From a virus (Duplodnaviria > Caudoviricetes): a DNA stretch of 64,000 nt. Both the position numbers and the translations under genes were made by a program. This document shows positions 1-9,482 of this stretch, piece by piece. The DNA is taken from IMG/VR virus record IMGVR_UViG_3300032007_001727; one strand, written 5' to 3'. How positions within the stretch are numbered: position 1 is the first letter of the stretch; each line of letters begins with the position of its first letter. The notes beneath the pieces were generated by a model, which saw only the letters and a list, made by a program, of their open reading frames with translations, did no database searches and had not been told where the DNA came from.

Positions 1-684
1 GAAATCATTATCCTCGTAACCATTGTCAGTAACTTGCCTCTCATCATTGTTTAATTGGTCCAAAGCCTTTTCATACTCATCCCAATAGTTATCCTCTTTT
101 TCGGAATCCTTTTCAAGGTTCCTTGCAAACTCCTTGTATTTCTTACTATTAGGTTGAGAAGTGAACACGTTCTTCTTCCATTGTTGGTCCGCCCTAACCG
201 GAACCGGCCCGTGAACGTTCTTTGTTGACATTTTAGGTGCCGGACCACCGACGTTCCTTACCCTTTCAAGCGGTGTTTCAAAGTCATCGAACTTGACGTT
301 GTCGTAGAAATCTAGCATGGTCTTGTCACCGGTTCTGTTATATTCACCATAGGAAGACGGCGGAGTAGTATTGAACTTTTTATTCTTCATCGGTCTCCAA
401 GACTTCACTCTGTCAAGGCGGAAGAATTTCCAGTTGGGAGCACCCCTCCTAGAGTTTCCGTTAAGTTGGAATGCTCTGAGAACCGGGTTGCCCTTCTTGG
501 TCGTACCGACGGCAAAGGGCTGAATTATTCTGTTTCCCTTTGAATTTCCGCCGTTGTCTTCCTTACCGTCATCGTATTTTATATTGACGTGGTACTTGTC
601 ATGGATACCGTCTAATACACTGTCCAAGTCAACCGCTTCGGTCAGAAGTCCGTTTATTATGTTATTAAGCGTTAGGCTAATCAT
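1..684 (-). CDS. WYL-domain protein (partial, runs off the left edge)
   Basis: Not in the ORF track. Manual translation from the ATG at 684 is open to the edge: MISLTLNNIINGLLTEAVD...RIIQPFAVGTTKKGNPVLRAFQ...WKFFRLDRVKSW, a WYL-like signature. ATGA overlap with the stop of the 681..1799 gene. Confidence 0.7.
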   Translation of the reverse strand, partial: MISLTLNNIINGLLTEAVDLDSVLDGIHDKYHVNIKYDDGKEDNGGNSKGNRIIQPFAVGTTKKGNPVLRAFQLNGNSRRGAPNWKFFRLDRVKSWRPMKNKKFNTTPPSSYGEYNRTGDKTMLDFYDNVKFDDFETPLERVRNVGGPAPKMSTKNVHGPVPVRADQQWKKNVFTSQPNSKKYKEFARNLEKDSEKEDNYWDEYEKALDQLNNDERQVTDNGYEDNDF

Positions 685-1799
685 TTTTCAACAATGTAAT
701 GAATTAAGTTTAGTTCGTTCTTGAAGGTTACTCCCTCCTCGTTTATTTCCTTGTAGTCCGTGAAATATATTAATCGGACATTGTTTTCAGCACACAATCT
801 TGCTTTTCTCTCGTCCCTTTCTTTCTGTCTCTCAAAGTTTTCATTGAGCACTTCCTCTCTGTTGTCACCGTTGAAACTGCAAGGTTCATAGTGTTGTTCG
901 CCTTGGCACTCAATTGCAACGTTATATTCCGGAAGATAGAAATCCAAGTGTTGGAGTCCGAGCCAAGGTGCTCTGAATGACTGTTTGAATTCAATCTCGT
1001 TTTTGTTGAGCAAGTTTGCAATTTGTTCCTCAAGGTGGCTTTGGTTACATTTTGGACATCCGTGACCATTTAAATGGTCATTTGGTCTTATCTTAAAAAT
1101 GCCATGCTTCATACACATAACATCCACTTTAGTTTTGGAATTAATATATTTTACATTATCGTATGAGTATTTGTCTTTGTGTATAGCAGAGGCTTTTTTA
1201 ATAAATTTTTCAACATTATCCCATCTATCATTTTTGGAACACTCTAAACAACCGTACCCTTTTAGATGACTATTTGGTGTTTGTTCAAATTCACCATGTA
1301 TCGGACAAGTAATTTTTATTTTTGTTTTACTATCTATATAATCAACATTGGAGTAGTCGTATTTGTCACCGTGGATTTCAACCGCCTTTTTAATAAAAGA
1401 CTCTGTTGTTAAGTGTTCCCTTTTACCGCATTTAGGACACCCACAGCCACTCAAATGCGATGTTGGTGTTTGTTCAAATTCACCATGTATCGGGCAAATT
1501 ATTTTACATAGAGTTCTGCTATTGATATAATTTGTATAAGTATATTTATCATTATGTATAATTGAGGCTTTGTTAACAAATTCGCCAAAATTACTCCTTA
1601 ATTTTTCATATGAACATTCTTTACAACCAATACCATTTAATAAATGTTTTGGTGTTTGAAAAAAGTCACCATGTTTTTTACAGTGTACTTTAACTTTAGT
1701 CGTTTTATTTATATACTCTATATCAGAGAAATCAAATTCCCCATTATATATAGTATCTAACTCTTTAATAACTTCCTCTTTTGATAAATGTTTACCCAT
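681..1799 (-). CDS. Free-standing endonuclease: 4 Zn-ribbon repeats (CxxHG...GCxxC) plus C-terminal PD-(D/E)XK/Vsr-like domain
   Basis: Repeats HGDKYDYS...CPIHGEFEQTP..HL.G.GCPKC; C-terminal LDFYLPEYNVAIECQGEQH. Confidence 0.8.
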   Translation of the reverse strand: MGKHLSKEEVIKELDTIYNGEFDFSDIEYINKTTKVKVHCKKHGDFFQTPKHLLNGIGCKECSYEKLRSNFGEFVNKASIIHNDKYTYTNYINSRTLCKIICPIHGEFEQTPTSHLSGCGCPKCGKREHLTTESFIKKAVEIHGDKYDYSNVDYIDSKTKIKITCPIHGEFEQTPNSHLKGYGCLECSKNDRWDNVEKFIKKASAIHKDKYSYDNVKYINSKTKVDVMCMKHGIFKIRPNDHLNGHGCPKCNQSHLEEQIANLLNKNEIEFKQSFRAPWLGLQHLDFYLPEYNVAIECQGEQHYEPCSFNGDNREEVLNENFERQKERDERKARLCAENNVRLIYFTDYKEINEEGVTFKNELNLIHYIVEK

Positions 1800-1927
1800 C
1801 TTTTTTCGTTTCTTTTGCTTCGTTTCTTATTTGCTTTGCGGAATTTGTGCGGAAGACCGAAACGATAAAGTCTTGTCGATGGGTAGCAACTTCCATCTAT
1901 CCGCAGTTATCCGCACCAATTTTATTC

Positions 1928-2356
1928 TTATCCACAGTTTGCAACCGGACTGCCAATCTGCTGGCCGACGAAGTATTGTCCGTCATTGATGTTTGCGGTG
2001 GTGTCAACCAAGGTTGGACCATAAGGATTCTCCTTGTTATACATTGAGGTAGCCAAAGCCCTTTCTCTGCCGCTGATACCGTTTCGGCCCTTTATATCAT
2101 AGCAACCGCCACCATTTTCTGTATCGAAGTTGCTGTAGTTAATTAAGCCGGTTGGCTTTGTACAGTCCGGAAGATAGTGTGAGTGTCCTCCGTGGTTTGT
2201 GCCCTTTCCCTTTGAGTCGCCATCGCTTATAGCGTTCTTATGGGTTGCACCATATTGGTTTTCAATGTTATAGTCACTGCGAGTTATCTCTTCATGCCTC
2301 TCATCCATTCCTCTTTTTTCAAGACATGTCTGACCATTTGTAATTGTATTTGCCAT
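1928..2356 (-). CDS. Hypothetical (probable virion) protein
   Basis: 142-aa ORF; TATTTAT motif upstream at ~2391-2398. Confidence 0.6.
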   Translation of the reverse strand: MANTITNGQTCLEKRGMDERHEEITRSDYNIENQYGATHKNAISDGDSKGKGTNHGGHSHYLPDCTKPTGLINYSNFDTENGGGCYDIKGRNGISGRERALATSMYNKENPYGPTLVDTTANINDGQYFVGQQIGSPVANCG

Positions 2357-2406
2357 ACTCTCTATAAATTTTAAACATTTTATTTTAATAATAAATAGTT
2401 ATTGGA

Positions 2407-2778
2407 CTATTTTTTCAATCTTTCTTTTGGTTTGCGTGTGGACGTTACCTTTTCAACCTTTTTTAGTGGCTTGTCATCCACGTTTGTGTTGATGGTCACA
2501 TCAAATCTGACCGGACTTGCATCCTTGTATGAAGCAATCGGAAATTCACTTTGAATGAGGTATTCTGAGTCAACCAACACCTTCGTGTACTGTCCGCACT
2601 TGTCCCATCTGTTGTTTAGGAGTTGCATGTCCCGTATCTGTTTACCGAATCGCTCCAAGGGGGTCTGAAGTCCCTCTATCTGCCTCATACCTTGCCTTGT
2701 GTCGTTCTTAAGGCCGTCAATGACGGCACTTGCAGCATCCTTTGCTTTTAGGACGGTATTATTTAATGTGTTTGCCAT
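2407..2778 (-). CDS. Hypothetical protein
   Basis: 123-aa ORF in a co-oriented, overlapping gene run. Confidence 0.6.
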   Translation of the reverse strand: MANTLNNTVLKAKDAASAVIDGLKNDTRQGMRQIEGLQTPLERFGKQIRDMQLLNNRWDKCGQYTKVLVDSEYLIQSEFPIASYKDASPVRFDVTINTNVDDKPLKKVEKVTSTRKPKERLKK

Positions 2779-4210
2779 TTCTAATCAACTGTCTTTCATT
2801 AATGTAAATTTTTCTCTTCTTCTTGTTTTTGTCTTCCGAAATTCTTGTAAGTGAGGTTGAACCTCCTTGTATGAATATTGATGAAAGGTTACCCCTTTGG
2901 TGTGTGACATCCAACGCTTTATTGACAATAACCAACACCTTTTCAGCGGGCAAGTCTTCCTTATATTCTGAAATTATTTTCTCCAAAGGTTTTAGGCCAT
3001 AGTCTGAAAGGGCATCACTTCCGTCCGGCATTATTGTCCAATTATAAAATCCTATTAAATTTAGGAAAAACCATTGAGTGGTCAACCAAAATATCTTTTT
3101 CGAATCTTCGTCAAATTCTATCTTGCTGTACCTTGATTTTTGATTGAATTGTGCTATGTGCTTCCTAATATCACCATAGTTTTTGCTAAAGTTGGTGAAC
3201 TCTTTCCTTTTTTGGTCATTGTTCCAAATATCATCCGCCTCTTCTTGGCTTACCCAAGGGAAATATTCTTGTCCGCTATTGTCAACCGATTCGTTTAACG
3301 ACCCAAAGTCATTGTTGCAGAGTTTTATTACATCTTCTAAGAATATCTCTATGGTGACTTCATCGTTTTCGGGGTCAAAGGCAGTGTATCTTTTGCCCTT
3401 GTAATAGTTGGCTAGAAAATGCTCAAACTCTTTTGACGGAAAAAGGTCAGTATGGCCGTAGATTTCAGTGTTTGCTTTTAGAATGGCCGTGTTCTTCATT
3501 ATAATTCCCATCCATTGATATACATACTTTTTAGGAAAATTGGTAAGTTTTCCGAATCTAGTGAACTCAGAGAGGGCCTTCTTGTACATGTCCGGGTTTA
3601 TCAACACTCCCCAAGATTGTTTTCCGTTCTTATTTGATAAGAATGAATTGAACACGTAGTTTACATCATAGTCTTCCAAATAGTCGAAGTAAGGGTGTTC
3701 GTCACTAAACGCCTCATTGATTATCCTGCCTTCAGATGTCATGTTAAACGTTATTTTCCCGTTTGGCACGCTGATTTCCTTAGCATTTATTTCAACGTCC
3801 GGAGAAATATTTGCAGTCGGCTTAGGAGGCTGTACGGCATCCACCTTTTTAACTCCCCTTGCTTGTTGAATACCTTTTCTATACAAGTTTGCTGCAAGTT
3901 CTCCGCCGTTTAACTCATATTCTATACTGTTTTTGGGCAGTTTATTCATTCTGTGAAGCCTAACCTTGGCATCCTCTACGCTCACGTAGTCTTGCCTTGT
4001 CCCGTTACCGTTTAGGTGTGAGTTCTTGCCCTTTTTGTTATATTCTCTGTCACTCCCTAGAGACTTGAGTATTTTTGAACCCGGGTAGTTCTTGTCCAAG
4101 TACGATTTGTACACGGACTTCATTGCCTTGAATATCTTCTTGGTATTCTTCGGTATCGGGATTTTCTTTTTGGTTACCTTCTTTGAGTCTTCGCTTAGGA
4201 ATAATGCCAT
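2759..4210 (-). CDS. Hypothetical protein with LxE-type tags (FLSED, IINEA, C-terminal KIYINERQL)
   Basis: 483-aa ORF. Confidence 0.65.
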   Translation of the reverse strand: MALFLSEDSKKVTKKKIPIPKNTKKIFKAMKSVYKSYLDKNYPGSKILKSLGSDREYNKKGKNSHLNGNGTRQDYVSVEDAKVRLHRMNKLPKNSIEYELNGGELAANLYRKGIQQARGVKKVDAVQPPKPTANISPDVEINAKEISVPNGKITFNMTSEGRIINEAFSDEHPYFDYLEDYDVNYVFNSFLSNKNGKQSWGVLINPDMYKKALSEFTRFGKLTNFPKKYVYQWMGIIMKNTAILKANTEIYGHTDLFPSKEFEHFLANYYKGKRYTAFDPENDEVTIEIFLEDVIKLCNNDFGSLNESVDNSGQEYFPWVSQEEADDIWNNDQKRKEFTNFSKNYGDIRKHIAQFNQKSRYSKIEFDEDSKKIFWLTTQWFFLNLIGFYNWTIMPDGSDALSDYGLKPLEKIISEYKEDLPAEKVLVIVNKALDVTHQRGNLSSIFIQGGSTSLTRISEDKNKKKRKIYINERQLIRNGKHIK

Positions 4211-4238
4211 AACTTGTCTGTTTCTTAATTTTTTTTAA

Positions 4239-4481
4239 TTAGTACCTGCCATAGCCAAACGGCAACTGTTCACCCATTGGGCCTTGTAAATCCCTAGTAG
4301 TTGTGGGATTTGATGGTTCTATATCACCATTTTTACCATCTGTTGTCGGTTGGGTTGTGACTTCACTTCCTTTCAATTCCGGATAGTTGTTTTCACCATA
4401 AGTACCGCTTTCAATACTACTTTTAACACTACCTTCAAAAATCCTTCCGAATTGGGATTCATTCAATTTAATTATTTTCAT
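4239..4481 (-). CDS. Small protein with N-terminal KIIKLNESQF tag
   Basis: 80-aa ORF; minus-strand GATATTTAT at 4502-4510. Confidence 0.6.
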   Translation of the reverse strand: MKIIKLNESQFGRIFEGSVKSSIESGTYGENNYPELKGSEVTTQPTTDGKNGDIEPSNPTTTRDLQGPMGEQLPFGYGRY

Positions 4482-4501
4482 ACTTATTTGTATTTTTTAT
4501 A

Positions 4502-4529
4502 ATAAATATCACGGTTGCTTGATATTTAT
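4502..4529. promoter_or_regulatory. Back-to-back pair of GATATTTAT putative late promoters
   Basis: ATAAATATC (4502-4510) and GATATTTAT (4521-4529) lie between divergent genes; the motif recurs upstream of many genes in the window. Confidence 0.6.
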
Positions 4530-4553
4530 AAGGAAAAAGTTAGGTAATTTATA

Positions 4554-6533
4554 ATGGCTAATCTGAAAGTAAATAACCATCATATATTTAGGTTGAGGAT
4601 TAATGAGGATGAATATTGGGATTTCTTCATTAACCGTGATTTGTATTCCAATAACATTATATGGAACGGTGACAAAATGTATGATGAATGTCTCATATCT
4701 AGAGTTAACCTAGGCGAATGCCCCGGAGAGGATATACTGTATAGTGATGCCAAGTATTCTTGGGAGAATGCCTTGTCAATAGGCTATACACTGTATAATA
4801 TCACATATCTTGGTGTCGACAACGGGTTGTTTACCTTCAGAAAGGACAGAATCACAAACGGTGACTTCGTAAGAATATTCCAAGAGAACAAACTTAGGTT
4901 GGATGGAGGCGATAATAGGCTTATACTCCACAGAGTGAGCGGAAATACGCTGCAATATGACTACCCGCTGCATTGTTTGGGTGACAAGGTTGCATTTAAC
5001 GGAGGATTCTATCAAGGATTCTTCAAGACTGAGTGTGACAAATACCAAGTATTGCCGTCAAAGTTTAACGACGGAGAAACTTATAACCTTGAATTCCTCA
5101 TCAACAAGTGTGAATTGGAAAAGGAGTCTGATAGGACTCTTAACGACAAGTATCCGGAAAACAAGGGTATATTCTTCTATATAGGCACTAGGGCTGAGAA
5201 CAAATGGATATATCAGTATGACAAGGATGATATTGATGGTTTGGAGGAATGCTATGAATTGGGCGTGGATGATTTCGTCGAAAACGGTGAAATTGACAAG
5301 AAGGACTACATCATAGGCAATTTCTATGACGTTGACATTGATTTCGAGGAAGACCCTCCATTGGATATAGATAATTATACCAACTTTAACTATTACAGTG
5401 ACGAATTGTATGAAATAGACAAGTGTGATTGGCTAGACATGTCAGATTACCTTGAGATAAGCCCGACCATCATCCCAAAGACAATAGATGAGAATGAAAG
5501 CCATATAACACTGACTTGGTGCTGTAATCAAACCGATGACAAGGACTATATATTGACACCGTATTTCGTAGGGTGTTCTTGTCCAATCAGATATAAGAGA
5601 AAATATGTACCAAAGGAAGGATACGATGATGATTTTCTAAGTTGTTTGACAGTGTTCGGAGAAGATGACTACATAGGTGACTTCGGAGGATTGGGTGACT
5701 TGGAGGAATGTCTTTCATATGTTGAAAGGGAATTGGACATCACCGACTTCGAATATTATACGGACAACGGATTTAACTTGTCAGAGGCAAATTGGTACTA
5801 TTTCTATACGGACAACAAGTTTCTTATGTTCGATAGGACAAAAGACGGAAAAACCGTACAGAATTGGGAGGAAGGCACAACGTTCATGTATTGTGGAAGG
5901 AGAAAGCACTTCAACGGAAACTTGTTTATCTTGATGAACCGCACAAAGACCGGCTATACCGTTTCAAACATCGATTCCGTAATCAACGAGAACGCAAACT
6001 ACTACAACCCGTACAATGACTTATATAATAATGCATTTGCATTAAGAATCACCGATGACGGGGAAATAGGCTACAGACTCCTTACGGTTGACTGTAGTAT
6101 CAGCGGAAGAGACAAGACCGCACTCATAGAGGGATATTCGTCAAAGGGTATCATAAAGGAGTGTGAATGGTCAACCGTAAATGTTAGGATGGATTTCTTC
6201 GGCGGAAATAAGATGAGGCTTATGTTCTACGTAAACGGAAAATTGGTATATATATCTAGGGAACTCCCTAGATTGGAACTTAAAGCCCTAGATGACTTGT
6301 ATGAGAAACAAGAGGGTGTACCATATAATATATCGATAGGTGGAGGAACACAAGGATTGGCGGAGACAATACAGTATAACTACATGTTAAACCCCACAAG
6401 GGTCTATCCGTTGGAAAAGCACTTTGCTGGTTCGTTCATAGGATATATGAAGGATTTCAAGATTTATAACTGTTCAATGGAGAAGATGATAATTGAAAAC
6501 AATTATAAGTGGAATCAGAAAATAATTGCTTAA
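4554..6533 (+). CDS. Virion structural protein with probable C-terminal LamG/concanavalin-A-like domain
   Basis: 659 aa; C-terminal MRLMFYVNGKLV...IGGG...FIGYMKDFKIYN pattern. Confidence 0.5.
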   Translation: MANLKVNNHHIFRLRINEDEYWDFFINRDLYSNNIIWNGDKMYDECLISRVNLGECPGEDILYSDAKYSWENALSIGYTLYNITYLGVDNGLFTFRKDRITNGDFVRIFQENKLRLDGGDNRLILHRVSGNTLQYDYPLHCLGDKVAFNGGFYQGFFKTECDKYQVLPSKFNDGETYNLEFLINKCELEKESDRTLNDKYPENKGIFFYIGTRAENKWIYQYDKDDIDGLEECYELGVDDFVENGEIDKKDYIIGNFYDVDIDFEEDPPLDIDNYTNFNYYSDELYEIDKCDWLDMSDYLEISPTIIPKTIDENESHITLTWCCNQTDDKDYILTPYFVGCSCPIRYKRKYVPKEGYDDDFLSCLTVFGEDDYIGDFGGLGDLEECLSYVERELDITDFEYYTDNGFNLSEANWYYFYTDNKFLMFDRTKDGKTVQNWEEGTTFMYCGRRKHFNGNLFILMNRTKTGYTVSNIDSVINENANYYNPYNDLYNNAFALRITDDGEIGYRLLTVDCSISGRDKTALIEGYSSKGIIKECEWSTVNVRMDFFGGNKMRLMFYVNGKLVYISRELPRLELKALDDLYEKQEGVPYNISIGGGTQGLAETIQYNYMLNPTRVYPLEKHFAGSFIGYMKDFKIYNCSMEKMIIENNYKWNQKIIA

Positions 6534-6549
6534 AACGAGAAGAAACAAG

Positions 6550-6807
6550 ATGCCAAGCAAAAGTAAAGCACAACGGAGATTCTTCGGTATGGTTGCTGCC
6601 TATAAGAAGGGCAAGATGAAGAATGCAAGCAAGAAGATTAAAAAAGCGGCAGAAAGTATGTCAATGTCCGCTGTAAAGCATTTTGCAAAAACAAAGCATA
6701 AGGGACTTCCGGAGAAAGTGGAAGAACAAGCCGTTGTCAGATTAACAGAGTCAGACTTACATAGGATAGTAAGGGAAGCCGTTGAACAAGTACTTAAAGT
6801 AAAATAA
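6550..6807 (+). CDS. DUF3008-like small basic phage protein with C-terminal RLTESDLHRIVREAV tag
   Basis: MPSKSKAQRRFFGMVAAYKKG...HFAKTKHKGLPEKV. Confidence 0.6.
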   Translation: MPSKSKAQRRFFGMVAAYKKGKMKNASKKIKKAAESMSMSAVKHFAKTKHKGLPEKVEEQAVVRLTESDLHRIVREAVEQVLKVK

Positions 6808-6835
6808 AAATCATATTGGACCGTGCGAGATAGTT

Positions 6836-7573
6836 ATGAGTAAAAATTTAGATAAACTTCAGCATAAGAGAAGCAATGTTGTTGAGAGCGGGGCACCGAA
6901 GAAACCGACACCCGCACAATTGGAAGTTGGCGAAATTGCAATGAACTATGCCAAGGATGAGGAGACAATGTTCATTAAGAACGACAATAATGAAATTGTA
7001 TCATTTTCTTGCGACAAGTTAATTAACTCAGAATTGGGTGACATAGAAAGATATTGGAAAAACGTTGAGGACAGTGCGATTACCTATAATAATGTAATCG
7101 ACATGCTTAACTATAACATACAATATGTTAAGGAAAACTTTCAAAGGAAACCAGTGGTACTGTATCAAACAGACGGCACTAGTGGACTTCTCGGTGTCAA
7201 TGACTCTACATTAAACCTAAACACTTGGCAGTTGGAGAATTTTGATTTTTCACCATACAAGTATGCCATAGCATATTTCAAGCAAGCGGACCGGGACTTC
7301 TCCACCACTCAAGCCAACTATGTTACACCAGCCTTGATGGTATTCATACCGCTTGATGCCGCATCGAAGTCCAGATATTATGATGCCTACATAGGTGGTA
7401 CAAACACGACCAACCCCAATGACAGAAACGTGCATTTCTGCGTACTTGCGGCAATTGACGGAACCAAGACAAAGTTCAAGGTGGTATCAGAACACTCAAT
7501 ATACGGAACCGCCTTGGGAGGAAGAAATGACAATGGTAGGTATTGTTATAAGATTGAAGGTCATTTTGACTAA
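6836..7573 (+). CDS. Tail-fibre-related protein (T4 gp37-like N-terminal domain)
   Basis: LQHKRS...KPTPAQLEVGEIAMNY...FIKND resembles gp37 IQFKRS...LAEGELAIN...FTKDD; paralogous N-terminus in 32978..33850. Confidence 0.5.
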   Translation: MSKNLDKLQHKRSNVVESGAPKKPTPAQLEVGEIAMNYAKDEETMFIKNDNNEIVSFSCDKLINSELGDIERYWKNVEDSAITYNNVIDMLNYNIQYVKENFQRKPVVLYQTDGTSGLLGVNDSTLNLNTWQLENFDFSPYKYAIAYFKQADRDFSTTQANYVTPALMVFIPLDAASKSRYYDAYIGGTNTTNPNDRNVHFCVLAAIDGTKTKFKVVSEHSIYGTALGGRNDNGRYCYKIEGHFD

Positions 7574-7603
7574 AAAACGATATTTTTCATGATAACTTTC
7601 TAT

Positions 7604-7631
7604 AAAATGCAGTCAGAAATGGCTGCATTTT
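7604..7631. terminator. Bidirectional hairpin terminator, identical to 16578-16605
   Basis: AAAATGCAGTC-AGAAAT-GGCTGCATTTT between convergent genes. Confidence 0.7.
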
Positions 7632-7639
7632 TTGTTTTT

Positions 7640-8125
7640 TTAATATTGAATATAGTTATTGATGAAGAAATCATCTATAACACCCAACTTAAGCGCAGCC
7701 TTATATGCCGTTTGGTTTTTCTTTGAAAACTCTGTTTTTGTATTATATTTCAATGCCTCCTTCTCGATTCTCTTATACGTCCACCAACCGTTCTTGTGTC
7801 TTTTCTTTTTCTTTTCAATCCAATCCATTTCATCCATATAGCCGTATTTATATGCGGATAGGAAAGCCGTTAGATTCTTTTCCTTGAATTCTTCATTGGA
7901 TGAATATTTTCTTGCCTCATTCATTATGTTCTCCTTTATCTTCCAATACCCCTTTGGGTGTTTTCCGTTGTTGTTGGACAGCCATTCCATTTCATCCAAC
8001 CATTTGTGTTTTCTTGCGGAATCATATGCGTTTCCACTTTTCTTCTTGAACTCAGTCTTTGTTGCATATTTTTTAGATTCCTCAAACACATTTTCCTTAT
8101 TCTTCCAATAATTTCTAGGTTTCAT
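7640..8125 (-). CDS. Repeat-only protein (3 x ~50-aa KENxxEExKKY...AY..A...GWLDEM units)
   Basis: Same repeat as the adjacent GIY-YIG gene; no nuclease domain. Confidence 0.65.
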   Translation of the reverse strand: MKPRNYWKNKENVFEESKKYATKTEFKKKSGNAYDSARKHKWLDEMEWLSNNNGKHPKGYWKIKENIMNEARKYSSNEEFKEKNLTAFLSAYKYGYMDEMDWIEKKKKRHKNGWWTYKRIEKEALKYNTKTEFSKKNQTAYKAALKLGVIDDFFINNYIQY

Positions 8126-9374
8126 CAACAATTTTGTTTTTATTTAGCCAAGTCATTTCATCAATCCATTTGTGTTTGTGCGCGGCATAATACGCACCCT
8201 TGCCTTTAATTTTAAATTCACTTCTTGAAGAATACTTCTTGGATTCGTTTATTACATTTTCTTTCACATCCCAATATCGTTTTGGCTTTTGGGTGTCAAA
8301 CCAATCCATTTCATTTATGAAATTATATCTTAGTGCGGCTTCATAAACACTTTTGTTATCTCTCATCAATTCTGCTTTTGATGCATATTTTCTAGCCTCA
8401 CTCATTATATATTCTTTATTTTTTAACGAACCCCTAGTAGTAACTTTGTTTTTATTTAGCCAAGTCATTTCATCCAGCCAACCATATTTAATGGCTGCGC
8501 CATACGCACTTTGGTTTCCTTTTTGAAATTCAATCTTAGATTTGTATTTCTTTGCCTCTTCAATTACATTGTCCTTGTTTTTCCAATACCCATATGGTAA
8601 TTTTGGTTTATTATCGAACCAAGTACAATCTTCAAAATATCCATACCTATAACCGGCCATATAAGCCGATAGGTTGTTCCTCTCAAGTTCTTTTTTTGAT
8701 TTATACTTTTTTGCCTCTTCCATAAAGTTTTCCTTATTTCTCCAATAACCGTTTGGATGGGTTCTGTTCGTTGGGAACCAAGTCATTTCATCCAACCACC
8801 CTTTTTCCTTTGATTTATGGAATGCATGACTTGCATTTTTCTGAAACTCACTTCTTGTCTTATATTTCTTACCCTCTTCAAAGCATTTTTTCTTACTCCA
8901 TTTTCCTTTACACATTAATCCAAGACTACCACACGGTTGTTTATTAATCATGTTAAATCCTAGTTCTCTGTAGTGTTTTTCCCAATATTTTTCCTTATTT
9001 ACCCCCTCTAATATTGTTAGTCCATTTTCAACTATCTCCATTGGTGGTATTTCTACACTATTTTCTTTTGCAAATTTGAATACAGAATCACATTCTCTTG
9101 TCCGGTGCTGTCTGTCCCTAGTTTCCGGATAAATTGTCCTACCCACATAAACGGCATTTAAATCCTTGAAATTATAGAGATACACGGTATCTATTTTATC
9201 TTTATAAACATTTCTTTTGTTTAGCCAAGTCATTTCATCCAACCAACCATTATTCTTGGCAACCGCGTATGCCCCATGCGACTTTTTGTAGAATTCAGTC
9301 CTTGAAGAATATTTCTTAGATTCTTCTATTGTATTCTCCTTTTCTTCCCAAAATAAGGTTTTTTTATATTTCAT
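8115..9374 (-). CDS. GIY-YIG homing endonuclease-like protein with 6 helical repeats
   Basis: VYLY...VYVGRT...RDRQH...EKYW...MINK GIY-YIG pattern flanked by 50-aa repeats; likely start ATG at 9374. Confidence 0.7.
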   Translation of the reverse strand: MKYKKTLFWEEKENTIEESKKYSSRTEFYKKSHGAYAVAKNNGWLDEMTWLNKRNVYKDKIDTVYLYNFKDLNAVYVGRTIYPETRDRQHRTRECDSVFKFAKENSVEIPPMEIVENGLTILEGVNKEKYWEKHYRELGFNMINKQPCGSLGLMCKGKWSKKKCFEEGKKYKTRSEFQKNASHAFHKSKEKGWLDEMTWFPTNRTHPNGYWRNKENFMEEAKKYKSKKELERNNLSAYMAGYRYGYFEDCTWFDNKPKLPYGYWKNKDNVIEEAKKYKSKIEFQKGNQSAYGAAIKYGWLDEMTWLNKNKVTTRGSLKNKEYIMSEARKYASKAELMRDNKSVYEAALRYNFINEMDWFDTQKPKRYWDVKENVINESKKYSSRSEFKIKGKGAYYAAHKHKWIDEMTWLNKNKIVDET

Positions 9375-9482
9375 CAACAATTTTATATTATTTATAATTA
9401 TTTCTATACTTAAATATAAGTATAATTGAATAAAATTCAATATTTATTATTAAAATAATAAATAAAATATTTGAATCAAATT

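Noticed and set aside
1897-1936. DnaA-box-like cluster (TTATCCACA, TTATCCGCA) or hammerhead ribozyme
   Set aside because: The one perfect box overlaps a stop codon and the others are better explained as RNA stems; there is no CUGANGA core.
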